The notes: generated by a model not told the origin, from the sequence alone. Counted from the stretch's first letter, positions 1-10,419 are shown. The stretch is 64,000 nt of DNA from Waterburya sp. (GCA_965217895.1 CBDCJV010000002.1:2240001-2304000), one strand, 5' to 3'. Translations and numbers: made by a program.

Positions 1-81
1 AGTGCATTCGGAACTAGAAGAACCAAGAACTCTTCGAGTCTCAAAATCTTCTGTTTTGATATAGGTTATTTTACTAGCCAT
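1..81 (-). CDS. Possible 5' end of a CDS running off the window (MASKITYIKTEDFETRRVLGSSSSECT...)
   Basis: ATG at 81 on the minus strand, frame open to the window edge; product not identifiable. Confidence 0.35.
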   Translation of the reverse strand, partial: MASKITYIKTEDFETRRVLGSSSSECT

Positions 82-172
82 AAAAATTAAGTGGGATTTA
101 TATTAATTTTTCCTATATGCCTATAGTTCCCAAAATGCAATGGAAGAAAACATTTTTAAATAATTTTCCGCT

Positions 173-391
173 CTAATTGATGACACGCCCCAAAACACTA
201 ACTTCGCGCTGAATAATCTGTACTCGTGCTTCTAAACTCTGAATATTCAACTCAAGCTGTATAATTTTACAAACAAACTGTTCTATTGAGGGGCAATTGT
301 TATATGGAGCGACAGCTTGTAGAACAAATTCGCACAAAGATTCTTTGTTAGCTTCGACTTTGTTCATAAGATGCCTATTATATAACTTCAT
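173..391 (-). CDS. Small hypothetical protein (72 aa, coiled-coil-like C-terminus)
   Basis: ORF track only; no recognisable motif. Confidence 0.3.
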   Translation of the reverse strand: MKLYNRHLMNKVEANKESLCEFVLQAVAPYNNCPSIEQFVCKIIQLELNIQSLEARVQIIQREVSVLGRVIN

Positions 392-629
392 TAGTTAATA
401 AATATAATAGTCTGTCCAAAAAAAAATGTCAGTAGTAATAAAAAGTAATCTTAAAATTTTATTTAAAATATTAAAATATAATTACGATTGGTACAACTGA
501 TTACAAACAAGTTGAGAAAAAACCGAATTAAAAAGCTTTCTATCTAACATCTATTAAAGTCTTTGCTAAACCCTGCCAAATCCAGACAAAATAGGTTATC
601 AAGATATATGTTCGCCAAGAAATCAGATC

Positions 630-2054
630 ATGCAACTATTGGATCGAGTTCGTTTGGGTTTAGCTGTAGGGGTCGCAAAAATTGTTACAGGAGTAGTGCG
701 ATCGCTGCGTCTGGGTGCAGCTTCTGTCTTACCAGGAGAAATATCTCGTCGTCTTCATTCTCGTCTGCTACCGCTATTGTTTGAGCAGGTAAGCAACGGG
801 GTAATCTTGGTGGTAGGGACAAACGGCAAAACCACCACCTCTTTGTTGCTCAAGCAAATTTTGAGCGATAAGCCTAAAGGACAGGACGTTAGCCCAGATC
901 GTCGTCTGGCGACGACTGGCGATGCCTCAGCATTGCGTGCTTCGCAACGCGGTTTTAAGGTAGTTCATAATTCTAGCGGTGCTAATCTTCTCAATGGCTT
1001 AATTACTGCTTTATTAAACAGCACAAATATGACTGGCAAACTTTCTGCCGATTACGCCATCTTAGAGGTAGACGAAAATATTTTACCCTTGATTTTGAAA
1101 GATTGTCAGCCGAAGTATATTTTGGCGTTAAATCTTTTTCGCGATCAGTTAGATAGATATGGTGAAGTAGATATCATTGCCCAACGTTGGGGTAAAGCGA
1201 TCGCACCTTTACCAACAGATACAACTATCGTCTTAAACGCAGACGATCCCAGCCTTTCTAGTCTAGGACAAAAACTCAAACAAAAGGTTCTTTATTTTGG
1301 ACTAAATGAACCAGAATTATATCTTGATGAAATCCCTCACGCCGTTGATTCAATCTATTGTCCTAGCTGTGGACATCTTTTAGATTATCAGGGGGTTTAT
1401 CTTTCTCATCTAGGAGATTATCATTGCCCTAGCTGTGGCTTTGAGAAAAGTAAAACATCTTTAGACAGCAAAGAATATCCGCAAATTCTGATCGGGGTTT
1501 ATAATAAATACAACACTTTAGCAGCAGCTTTAATAGCTCAAGAAATGGGTGTTGAAACTAATGATATCTTCAGGACAATTAAAAACTTCAAAGCTGCCTT
1601 TGGGCGCGCTGAAGAACTAGAAATCGATCACAAGCAGGTTCGTATAATGTTATCTAAAAACCCTGTTGGCATGAATGAAACAATCAGGGCAGTAAATAAC
1701 ATTAAAAAGACTGGTAAATCTGAGGTAACACTTTTAGTATTAAATGATCGCATTCCCGATGGTACTGATGTCTCTTGGATTTGGGATGTAGATACCGAAG
1801 AGTTGGTTAAGCTGGGGGGAACTCTAATTGTCAGTGGCGATCGCACTTACGATATGGCATTAAGATTAGCTTATAGCTCAGAAGAAATTGAAGCCGATCA
1901 AACAAATTTTCAACTAGTAGTTAAAGAGAATTTACAAGAGGCAATAACTACTGCTCTAGAACATACTAATAAAGCAGAAACTTTACATATTATTCCTACT
2001 TATTCGGCAATGCTAGAAGTTAGAGAAATTTTAATCGGGCGCAAGATTCTTTGA
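630..2054 (+). CDS. murT: Mur ligase family protein, MurT-like (DUF1727 C-terminal domain)
   Basis: GTNGKTTT P-loop, GANL, LEVDE, NLFRDQLDRYGE, CPxC..CPxC zinc finger, KNPxG, DxSWIWD, PTYSAML; carries an apparent 26-aa insertion. Confidence 0.85.
   Translation: MQLLDRVRLGLAVGVAKIVTGVVRSLRLGAASVLPGEISRRLHSRLLPLLFEQVSNGVILVVGTNGKTTTSLLLKQILSDKPKGQDVSPDRRLATTGDASALRASQRGFKVVHNSSGANLLNGLITALLNSTNMTGKLSADYAILEVDENILPLILKDCQPKYILALNLFRDQLDRYGEVDIIAQRWGKAIAPLPTDTTIVLNADDPSLSSLGQKLKQKVLYFGLNEPELYLDEIPHAVDSIYCPSCGHLLDYQGVYLSHLGDYHCPSCGFEKSKTSLDSKEYPQILIGVYNKYNTLAAALIAQEMGVETNDIFRTIKNFKAAFGRAEELEIDHKQVRIMLSKNPVGMNETIRAVNNIKKTGKSEVTLLVLNDRIPDGTDVSWIWDVDTEELVKLGGTLIVSGDRTYDMALRLAYSSEEIEADQTNFQLVVKENLQEAITTALEHTNKAETLHIIPTYSAMLEVREILIGRKIL
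865..950. mobile_element. 78-nt in-frame insertion splitting a HIP1 site (GCGAT|CGC) in the MurT-like gene
   Basis: Removing 870-947 restores AGC GAT CGC GGT (SDRG) and a perfect GCGATCGC; insert has a GTCGTC-tggc-GACGAC hairpin. Confidence 0.7.
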
Positions 2055-2103
2055 TTTTTAAATTAATAGTCACAAGCTGTGTTTAAGAGCTTAGATATTA
2101 AAT

Positions 2104-2925
2104 CTAACCTTCACATAGTTCATGTTTTATGCTATTTTTACCATTATTTTTCACTTGATACATCAAACTATCTGCTCTTTCAAGCATTTTATCAACTGAA
2201 TTTGGTAATTTCTTAAAAGTAGCAGCCCCAATGCTAAAGCTTACGTCAAATGATTTTTCTTTAACCTTAATCATTAATTCTTGTTGTATACGTTTTAAAA
2301 CTAACTGAGTTGATTCATAGTTTGTTTCAGGTAATAGTAAAGCAAACTCATCACCTCCTAAACGAGCAAAGACATCAGTTTCACGAATACATTGGGTAAC
2401 TGTATGAGCGATTAAACATAATAATTGATCTCCTTTGGCGTGTCCAAACACATCGTTAACTGACTTAAAATTATCTACATCAAAATAGATCAAAGTCAAA
2501 CATCGCTCGTTACGTATACTTCTCTTAGTTTCGGCATAGAGCATTTCTATAAAGCAACGGCGATTATATATTTTGGTTAAGCTATCAATACGAGCTAGAT
2601 TTTTTTCTCGTTCATAGGCATTTTTAAGAGCCGATAGTAAATGAACCACTATTAAAAATACTATCAATCTAACAAGAGCATTCCAGATTAGTACCACGGT
2701 ACTTAAGTCTGTTTTAGCCGCTTTCTCAGCTATGTACCAGCTAAACGTACAGATAATTGATAATAAAATGCCTGCTTGCTCATCTAAATACTTGGTAACA
2801 ATCAAGACTGGAATAAGATAACAAATTGACAGATAAACATCGACAGTAATCAAATAATCGAGTACGCCAATCAGCAAAACACTAAATATCCCAATAATCA
2901 AAGTGCCAAGATTAGAAGTAGGCAT
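2104..2925 (-). CDS. Membrane-anchored diguanylate cyclase (GGDEF)
   Basis: N-terminal TM helices; DSLT..NRR, DVDNFKSVNDVFGH, ARLGGDEF. Confidence 0.9.
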   Translation of the reverse strand: MPTSNLGTLIIGIFSVLLIGVLDYLITVDVYLSICYLIPVLIVTKYLDEQAGILLSIICTFSWYIAEKAAKTDLSTVVLIWNALVRLIVFLIVVHLLSALKNAYEREKNLARIDSLTKIYNRRCFIEMLYAETKRSIRNERCLTLIYFDVDNFKSVNDVFGHAKGDQLLCLIAHTVTQCIRETDVFARLGGDEFALLLPETNYESTQLVLKRIQQELMIKVKEKSFDVSFSIGAATFKKLPNSVDKMLERADSLMYQVKNNGKNSIKHELCEG

Positions 2926-3028
2926 AAAATAAAGCAGAGTCTTGATATGTATCTCTTTTAAGCAATAGATTAACTCGATTATCGATATTAACCACCGTGA
3001 ATTTATGGTAGCTTATCTGCTTTAAAAT

Positions 3029-3156
3029 CTGATGTTACGCACTAATTAATTTGTTAAGGCTGGTCAAGGGGTAAAGGGGAAGGGTTAAAGGGTTTATAAA
3101 TTTGCTTTCATACCTCATTAAATTTGCTGATTTCTCGTTATGATGCGTAACATCAG
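3029..3156. mobile_element. MITE, 128 bp, perfect 13-bp TIR with 7-bp flanking direct repeat
   Basis: CTGATGTTACGCA (3029-3041) / TGCGTAACATCAG (3144-3156); TTAAAAT on both sides (3022-3028, 3157-3163). Confidence 0.8.
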
Positions 3157-3183
3157 TTAAAATGGTAGGATATGAGCAGACGA

Positions 3184-4149
3184 CTAAGAATTCTTATCTA
3201 GAGATTGAATCAACTCTTCAACATTGCCAGATATAGTGTCGCAGATTAAACTTAAAGGTAAATGATTCGGGTCGCGCCCAAAAGGATTTTCTAGCTCAGA
3301 GCCAATATCTTCAATACCAAACAAAATTAAGGTGATCACAGCAATTGTCGGAACTGTCCACCACTTTAAAGTGTCAACCATTTCGATAGGTAAACTGAGA
3401 CAATAAAGTATCAATAATTGCTTGAGTAAAATAGAAATAGCTAAAGGTGTTGGGGTTTTCAAAATGCGCTCGCAACCGCCCAAAGTATCTACCAAATCAT
3501 CAACTAGCTTGTGTAAGGCAATTAGTTGATATATATCGAGAAAATTTCGACCATACTGCTCTTGTAAATATTCTCCAATCCACAGAGCAATTTCTAATGG
3601 CAGATGATTAGTATTTTGCAGTTTTGAATATCGAGATAAAGACATTAGCACTATTAACTGTTTGTCCAATGGCTCACGGCGTAAATGTAATTCCATCGCC
3701 CTGGCAAAAGCAACTATCAACCTTAAAGTTTCTTCTTTTTCTAATCGCTCTTTGTTGGAGTGAACCTTGATTGTTATTGCAATCCCACGAGTTAGGTTGC
3801 GAACTGAATTAACTAAAGCTCCCCATAATTTTCGACCTTCCCAATATCGGTCGTAGGCAGCATTTACCCGAAAAACTAGCAGCAAACTTAAAATAAGATT
3901 AAAGCTCAAAACAATATTCGGAACACCAGCCGTAATTTTTGGCAACAATAATTGTTTTTCATGATAATCGAGTAAGACAATAACGATACTGTATCCAGAA
4001 AAAAAAGTTATCCAAGGAATAATGTTGGTTATATTTGAAGTTTGAAGCCGTAAAATTATTTGAAACCAATTTAATTTTTCGTTAGTGTGATTATGAAACT
4101 TGTGCTTCCAAGTTCTTGAAGAACTACTCGTTTGACCTAAAAATTTCAT
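3184..4149 (-). CDS. Bestrophin family ion channel (YneE-like)
   Basis: LLVFRxNxAYDRYWEGRKLWG, GGCERILKTPxP, GIEDIGSELENPFG; AGGAG RBS. Confidence 0.9.
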   Translation of the reverse strand: MKFLGQTSSSSRTWKHKFHNHTNEKLNWFQIILRLQTSNITNIIPWITFFSGYSIVIVLLDYHEKQLLLPKITAGVPNIVLSFNLILSLLLVFRVNAAYDRYWEGRKLWGALVNSVRNLTRGIAITIKVHSNKERLEKEETLRLIVAFARAMELHLRREPLDKQLIVLMSLSRYSKLQNTNHLPLEIALWIGEYLQEQYGRNFLDIYQLIALHKLVDDLVDTLGGCERILKTPTPLAISILLKQLLILYCLSLPIEMVDTLKWWTVPTIAVITLILFGIEDIGSELENPFGRDPNHLPLSLICDTISGNVEELIQSLDKNS

Positions 4150-4400
4150 TTAGCTCCTTTGTTTTTCAGGGCGTGCAAATCAAACCTTGGTTTAGATAAG
4201 CCCACACCGAGCAGATATTTGAGGTCATTGGTATTTCTTTTGTCTGAAGGTTAAATAAGTAACCAAGATTGCAATTGTAAAAAGAAAAATTATCCTGATT
4301 GACTTTTGGCTAAAGAGTAATAAAGAGAAAGCATCAATCCTGCACTGATCTTAGGAGCGTAGCTGCTATTCTCTTCAAATTTGCACTTTCACTTCCAGTC

Positions 4401-4520
4401 TTATAGTCATTCTAATTAGTTTGCGTATGGTAGTTTTGTATTTGATAACCAGGTTAAATGCTAATCGTTACTCGTTACTTTTTCCCAAAACTAACTGGTT
4501 GCTATTTAAAATGACTATAA
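4401..4520. mobile_element. MITE-like element, 120 bp, TATAG...CTATA ends
   Basis: TTATAGTCATT at 4401 and AATGACTATAA ending at 4520 are inverted repeats; TA ends as in IS630/Tc1-type MITEs. Confidence 0.65.
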
Positions 4521-4565
4521 CTTAGATTTATCCAAGACATTCAGAATCTAAACCAAGTCTGGTCT

Positions 4566-4913
4566 TTAGCGGATTTCTTGAGTCTCATTTCCTCCGTCTT
4601 GGTCATTTGGCTCATCAGGATTTTCACGAGCTTCATCTCCTCCGTCTCGATCTTCAGAAACTTTTTGATTGCGCTCAATCTCACTGGCTTGAGTAGACCC
4701 ATTCTCTGGTGAGTTTTTCTTTTCTAATTGTGCTTCTAGGGCATCATTCATTTCTCCATCCCCGTCGCTGGCTTCTGCTATTTGAATAGCATTGTCCCGT
4801 TGAGAAATAGTGGGATTGGCTGGATTTTTGACTGATGCTTGTGCTGCTACTCCACCTAAGACAACGGCGTTAATTAATGACGTAGCTAGAATGACTTTAG
4901 TTAAAGAGTTCAT
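4566..4913 (-). CDS. Small secreted acidic low-complexity protein
   Basis: Signal peptide (AAQA), D/E/N-rich mature part. Confidence 0.65.
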   Translation of the reverse strand: MNSLTKVILATSLINAVVLGGVAAQASVKNPANPTISQRDNAIQIAEASDGDGEMNDALEAQLEKKNSPENGSTQASEIERNQKVSEDRDGGDEARENPDEPNDQDGGNETQEIR

Positions 4914-5115
4914 AAGTGTTCATTTTTTTGTTGGATACCTCAGTTTAAAAAGTAAATGTCAGGAACTTTGCAAGATTGTAACTCTCAGAAATTAAGTAGC
5001 GTTAAATCTTTAGAGTTATTTGGCGCAATACAGATACTTTTTAAGAGAGATATTTACGTTAGCTGTTTTGACAGTTAATTCAACTGGTTTTACCTTTCTA
5101 AAAACAATTATCTGG

Positions 5116-8100
5116 TCAAGAAAAAGAAGATCGCTTTTTTCCTAAAATCCTGTCTACTAAATCGTGGAGCAGTATGTAAAAACAGGGAATAATAAACAAA
5201 GTTAGTAAAGTTGCCAGTGCTAATCCTGAAAAGACAACAATACCTAATGGTTGCAAAAACTCTCCCCCCTGTCCTAAGCCCAATGCTAATGGAAACATTC
5301 CGACTACGGTAGTAATAGTAGTCATCAGAATAGGACGCAATCTTTGGGGTGCAGCTTGTAAAATTGCCTTGGCGCGATCGCATTTTTCTCGCTCTCGAAT
5401 TTGATTGGCTAACTCTACCAAGATAATGGCATTATTGACCACAATGCCGACTAGTAAAACTGCCCCCACAATCACAGTTATACCGATCGCTGTTTGGGTA
5501 ATAAACAATCCCCAAATTCCTCCCGCTAATGCTAGAGGGAGAGTAAACATAATTACCAGAGGATCGACAAGAGAATTATACAATACCGCCATTACCACAA
5601 AAACTAAAAAAGCAGCTAGTCCACCCAAGACAGCGAAAGCAGACTGGATTGCTTGATTACTTTGGGCAGCAGCACTCGGCAGACGACTAACCCCTTGTGG
5701 TAAGTCAATCTCTTGAAAAATTTGGTCTAGTTCAGCCAGAGCTTGACTTAAATCTGCGTCTTTTTCAAGGCTACCTGTAATTAAAAATACCTGTCGTTGA
5801 TTGATGCGCTGAATTTCTCCAGGGGCTTGTCCTTGTTCAATGCGGGTGACATCTCCCAAACGAACTAGGCGATCGCTATTCTGAATAAACAAGGGAATTT
5901 GTGCTAGCTGAGAAGGACGGCTAATAGCATCTTTTTTGAGTTCGACTCGCACGTCTACCAAACGATTACCCCGTTGCAGTTGAGTAGGTATAGAACCAGC
6001 GATCGCCGTTTCTAAAGTGTTACCAATGTCTTGAACATTTAAGTTGAGTTCGGCAGCCCGTTCTCGATCTAGCCGAATTTGAATTTCGGGCTGTCTGGGA
6101 TCGGCATCGGGACGAAAGCTAGATAAGGTTGCTCGTTTTTCTAAGGCATCTAATACCTGCTGTCCTGCCTGCTCCAGAACTTGAGTGTTGTCTCCTTGGA
6201 GGATAATATCGACATCACCTCGAACTGGAGAGTTGCTTAAAATTAAGCCTCGCACTTCACCAGGACTAACTCGCAAGCGAATATCAACTAAGTTAAGCTT
6301 GTCAAATTCGGCTGATACTTGTGAGACATAAGCTTCGACATCTGTATCTGGTTTGAGAGTAATAGTGCTAGAACCGCGTAAAGAGTTTTCGCTGGTGTTG
6401 CTACCAAACAAAAAGCCACCCGATGTGGTAAAAACATATTCAGTCTCTGGCTGCGCTAACAGAATCTCATCCACTTTTGCCATAACTCGGCGATTTGTCT
6501 CTAGGGGAGTTCCTGGAGGAAATTGGGCAAACAATCTCGCCTGTCCTGTATTGATTCGCGGCAAAATCTCTTGAGGAATTTGACCGATAATAAAAAAACT
6601 ACTGCCACCCAACAGTAAGAAAGTTAAGCCAATTACCAGCAACCGCCTTCGCAAAACTTGTTTAAGCATTATGCCGTAGCGTCTGGTAGCAGCTTCAAAT
6701 TGACGATTAAATGCTTGTAGTAACCAAAAACGTCCAATTTTACTGGATTTGCGAATTCCCAGCAAACGAGAAGCGAGCATTGGTACGACTGTTATTGCTA
6801 CCAAAATTGAGGCAGCTACTGCAAAACTAACGGTCAGAACTAGTTCGTTAAACAATAGCGAAATAAAACCGCCGATGAGCAAAAAAGGCAGAACAGAAAC
6901 TAAGTTAGTACTGGTAGAAGCAACCAAAGCCGATTCAACCTCTTGACTACTAGAGATTGATTGCTCGATCAACTGCTGGGAATTGAGTCGTGTCTTGGCA
7001 TCTTTACCTGGGGTCATTCCTGCACCCTCGGCAATGTTTTCTAACATAACAATAGAGTTATCCACTACAATACCCACCCCTACTGCCAATCCGCCTAAGC
7101 TAAACACATTGAGAGATAAGCCAAACAGCTTCATTAAAATAATTGCTGCTAGTGCTGCCAAAGGAATTGCCGAGACGACGATCGCCGTTTGACGCAGAGA
7201 GCCGAGGAATAATAGAACTGCGATCGCAGCTAGCCCCGCACCAATCAGACCAGAACGTGTGACGTTGCTAATGGCATTACTAATAAAGATCGATTCGTCT
7301 AGGGTAGCAACCAATTTGAGATCTTTAGGAACTATTCCCGTCTGTCGTAACTGTTCAATTCGTTGTTTGATTCCCTCTACGACCTCAATCGTGTTCGCTT
7401 CGGGCTGCTTTTGAATGCTAACTTTAACCGCAGGTTGCTCGTTGAGAAACACAAAAAGACGCTGATCGGCTTGACCGTCAATAACCTGGGCAAAATCTCG
7501 CAGATATACACGGGAGGAAGATACTGAATTATTTTCTGTTGCTGTATTTGTTGCTGTCGATCCTACTTCAAAAGAGAGATTGAGAATTTCCTTAGCATCT
7601 TGAAACTTTCCCACTACACGAGTTAAAGGTTCGTTAAGATCCCCCAGAATTCGTCCACCAGAAATATCCTGATTAGTTTCTTCTAGTTCGGTAAGCACAT
7701 CATTTAGCCCCACACCCAAAGCTTGAAGCCGACTGAGATCGACTAAAACTCTTACTTCTTCTTCTACACCGCCCGAAATATCAACCACGGCTACTCCCTC
7801 AACGACTCCTAATTCCCGTGCTAGTTCTTCATCAGCAAGCACGCGCAATTGTAAAGGATCTAAAGATTTAGATGTCAATGCTAGTTCGTAAATAGGTAAT
7901 TGAGAAGGATCGACTTTAAACAACCTTGGTTCTTCGACAGTATCAGGTAAATTAGAGCGCGCCCGATTAAAAGCAGCAGTAGCATCGTTTAAAGCGCGAT
8001 CGATATTTCCTCCTGGTTGAAAGTAAAGGTCTATACTTACCTGTCCTTCGCGAGTTTGCGAAAAAATCTGTACTACACCTTCGGTGGCAGCTAATCCTTC

Positions 8101-8319
8101 TTCTAAAGGTCGAGTTACTTCATCTACTGCAACTTCGGGAGAAACACCAGGTATGTTAACTCTTAAGCCGATGCGCGGGTAGGTGATCGAGGGAAGCAAA
8201 TCTACCTGGATATTAAACAGAAAAAATACGCCGATCACAATTACCGCTAGGGTCAACATCAAAGTTCCAATGTGCCGACGAATGGCGATCGCGCTGAGAT
8301 TAAAATTGTTGGATTTCAT
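5116..8319 (-). CDS. RND efflux transporter permease subunit (AcrB/AcrD/AcrF family)
   Basis: 1067 aa; GIVVDNSIVMLENI, GIVVNNAIILVE, RLRPILMTTITT. Confidence 0.95.
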   Translation of the reverse strand: MKSNNFNLSAIAIRRHIGTLMLTLAVIVIGVFFLFNIQVDLLPSITYPRIGLRVNIPGVSPEVAVDEVTRPLEEGLAATEGVVQIFSQTREGQVSIDLYFQPGGNIDRALNDATAAFNRARSNLPDTVEEPRLFKVDPSQLPIYELALTSKSLDPLQLRVLADEELARELGVVEGVAVVDISGGVEEEVRVLVDLSRLQALGVGLNDVLTELEETNQDISGGRILGDLNEPLTRVVGKFQDAKEILNLSFEVGSTATNTATENNSVSSSRVYLRDFAQVIDGQADQRLFVFLNEQPAVKVSIQKQPEANTIEVVEGIKQRIEQLRQTGIVPKDLKLVATLDESIFISNAISNVTRSGLIGAGLAAIAVLLFLGSLRQTAIVVSAIPLAALAAIILMKLFGLSLNVFSLGGLAVGVGIVVDNSIVMLENIAEGAGMTPGKDAKTRLNSQQLIEQSISSSQEVESALVASTSTNLVSVLPFLLIGGFISLLFNELVLTVSFAVAASILVAITVVPMLASRLLGIRKSSKIGRFWLLQAFNRQFEAATRRYGIMLKQVLRRRLLVIGLTFLLLGGSSFFIIGQIPQEILPRINTGQARLFAQFPPGTPLETNRRVMAKVDEILLAQPETEYVFTTSGGFLFGSNTSENSLRGSSTITLKPDTDVEAYVSQVSAEFDKLNLVDIRLRVSPGEVRGLILSNSPVRGDVDIILQGDNTQVLEQAGQQVLDALEKRATLSSFRPDADPRQPEIQIRLDRERAAELNLNVQDIGNTLETAIAGSIPTQLQRGNRLVDVRVELKKDAISRPSQLAQIPLFIQNSDRLVRLGDVTRIEQGQAPGEIQRINQRQVFLITGSLEKDADLSQALAELDQIFQEIDLPQGVSRLPSAAAQSNQAIQSAFAVLGGLAAFLVFVVMAVLYNSLVDPLVIMFTLPLALAGGIWGLFITQTAIGITVIVGAVLLVGIVVNNAIILVELANQIREREKCDRAKAILQAAPQRLRPILMTTITTVVGMFPLALGLGQGGEFLQPLGIVVFSGLALATLLTLFIIPCFYILLHDLVDRILGKKRSSFS

Positions 8320-8428
8320 GATGAAAGAACGTGCAGAAATTGAGAGCTAGAATTTTACGATTCATAAAAGTCAAAATGGTAAATTATGTTTAGAAATAAT
8401 TGCTTTAAATATAAATAAGAAAAGTCTT

Positions 8429-8845
8429 ATGAAATATTGGATAAATACAATCTCTAGAGATCATGTGATGGTCGGAAAAAAAGAAGATTTTGTTCAAGCA
8501 GGTCCTGGAAAAGAAGCCCCATTAAAGAAATTACAAACCGACGATTACATGATTTTCTATTCTCCAAAAACATCATTGCAAAATGGCAAATCAGTTCAAG
8601 CATTTACAGCAGTTGCTAAAATAAAAGAGCGAGACGTTTATCAGGTTGTTGTAAACGAAAACTTTCAGTCTTACAGAAAAGATGCGAAATATGAACATTG
8701 TCAAGAAGTCCCAATTAGACCTTTAATTGAACAGTTAAAATTTATTACCAATAAAAAACATTGGGGCTTTAGGTTTAGATCTAGATTGTTTGAAATCAAT
8801 CAACATGATTTTGAGTTAATTTATAGGTTAATGAAAAATTTTTAA
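8429..8845 (+). CDS. EVE domain-containing protein
   Basis: KYWI..SRDHV..G..FVQA.GK..PL, IFYSPK, QAFTA, WGFRFR..LFEI..DF. Confidence 0.8.
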   Translation: MKYWINTISRDHVMVGKKEDFVQAGPGKEAPLKKLQTDDYMIFYSPKTSLQNGKSVQAFTAVAKIKERDVYQVVVNENFQSYRKDAKYEHCQEVPIRPLIEQLKFITNKKHWGFRFRSRLFEINQHDFELIYRLMKNF

Positions 8846-8939
8846 GTTAGATAATGTCTACGGGATCTACTGATTGAAGCTTGTGAACGGCGATCGCACT
8901 AATATTCAAGAAAGACTCGGAAAATTTCATGGTTAATAT

Positions 8940-10289
8940 TTAAATTTCATTAGTTTTTGATTCTGAAAGAAAGCTGAGATGAACAGAGTCACCATCTTTT
9001 AAATCGCCACTGCTAGCCACAACAAATTCTTCTCCAGGTTTTAGTCCAGAAATAATTTCTACCCGTGAATTAGCGCGATCGCCCAATTTTACCTGTCGAA
9101 CTACAACTGTAGCTTTTTCTCCTTCTCGCTGGAGAACAAAAATTGTTGCCATATCTGAGTTGGAATTATTTTCTTTTATCTTTGCTGAAGCTAACTGAAC
9201 TGCTGTTTCGGGAACAACTAACGTTTTATCGCTTTGAGGAGTGAAATTAACCCGCGCTAGTAATCCTCTACCAATACGGCGATCGCTATTGGGAATAGTC
9301 ACCTCAATAGGTATCAGACGAGCAGTAGCATCGGCAGCCAAAGAAATCTGCGTCACTTTTCCTTTAAACGCTCGTTTGGGAAAGGCATCTAATTGTACCT
9401 GCGCCGTCTGTCCTACCTGAATCCTTGCCAGTTCTAATTCGGAGATCTGCACCTGTACCTTAATCTGGCTGAAGTCTCCTAATTGCAAGACTTCATCACC
9501 TACTTGCGCTAAATCTCCTGGTTCTAAAACTCTGGCTAAGACTGAACCCGTGACAGGAGAAGTCAACACGGTAAATGACTGCCTTTTTTGCTCCTGTGCC
9601 ACTAATGCCTCTTGAGCCGTCACGCGACCTTGAGCCGCTACTACTGCTGAGGAGCGATTGGCTACTTGTTGTTGTGCCGACTTTAATGCTTGTTGAGCAT
9701 TATCTAGGGTATTCTGTGCCTGTTCTGCCGACTGTTTGGTAACTGCACCTTCTCGAACAAGCTGATTCGACCGAGCAAGATCCGACTGTGCCTGCCGTAA
9801 TGTGATTTTTGCCTGCTCAATTTGAGTCAGACCTTCATTTACGTCTGCCTGAAGACTAGCTACTTCCGACTGGAGGGCAGCAACCTGAGCTTCGGCTTCT
9901 GTTACCGCAGCTTTTGAGATTGAATCATCAATTCTGGCTAATATTTGACCTTGCTCAACGCGATCGCCTACGTCTACTGTCATATCTAGTATTTGTCCTT
10001 CAACGCGCGATCGCATAGAAACCTCGCGCACTGGAAAAGTCGTGCCGACATACTCGGTATCTTTTTCTAGTGCGCCGAGACTAGCAACTACTACATCAAC
10101 AGATACAGTTTTTTCTTGCTGTTGAGGTTTGGAGGGGCTAGAAGATTTGCTTTTAGCATCTCCTGGAGGCAATAAACCGCAACCTGTCGAAAACAATAGT
10201 AATCCAGGCAACAAGATTATCCAATATATAAGTGTGGCTCGATTTGGCAACTGATTGATATATTTGGCAATGGAAAACCTGCGGGACAT
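8940..10289 (-). CDS. RND periplasmic adaptor (membrane fusion) subunit, probable lipoprotein
   Basis: Lipobox-like [18 protein letters not shown] lipoyl half, coiled-coil hairpin, SPVTG. Confidence 0.92.
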   Translation of the reverse strand: MSRRFSIAKYINQLPNRATLIYWIILLPGLLLFSTGCGLLPPGDAKSKSSSPSKPQQQEKTVSVDVVVASLGALEKDTEYVGTTFPVREVSMRSRVEGQILDMTVDVGDRVEQGQILARIDDSISKAAVTEAEAQVAALQSEVASLQADVNEGLTQIEQAKITLRQAQSDLARSNQLVREGAVTKQSAEQAQNTLDNAQQALKSAQQQVANRSSAVVAAQGRVTAQEALVAQEQKRQSFTVLTSPVTGSVLARVLEPGDLAQVGDEVLQLGDFSQIKVQVQISELELARIQVGQTAQVQLDAFPKRAFKGKVTQISLAADATARLIPIEVTIPNSDRRIGRGLLARVNFTPQSDKTLVVPETAVQLASAKIKENNSNSDMATIFVLQREGEKATVVVRQVKLGDRANSRVEIISGLKPGEEFVVASSGDLKDGDSVHLSFLSESKTNEI

Positions 10290-10347
10290 GATTGTTACGA
10301 AGAAGTAGGCAGCAGTAATTTAACTTTACTAAGTGTTGAATTAAACT

Positions 10348-10388
10348 ATATCAAACTGATATTCTAGATAATTATATCAATTTTATAT
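10348..10388. promoter_or_regulatory. Tandem palindromes ATATCA-N3-TGATAT, putative PadR operators
   Basis: Perfect copy at 10348-10362 and degenerate copy at 10374-10388 between divergent padR and the efflux genes. Confidence 0.5.
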
Positions 10389-10419
10389 TTAGAACTGTTT
10401 GTCTTAATGGTCACCAAAA

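Noticed and set aside
4226..4340. Short hydrophobic frame (IIFLFTIAILVTYLTFRQKKYQ) upstream of bestrophin
   Set aside because: No start codon in frame; it may be a gene remnant but I cannot support it.
5108..7192. Short ORFs overlapping the RND permease, and similar shadows in acnB, efp, vipp1 and rbp
   Set aside because: Antisense or alternative-frame shadows of well-supported genes, without motifs.
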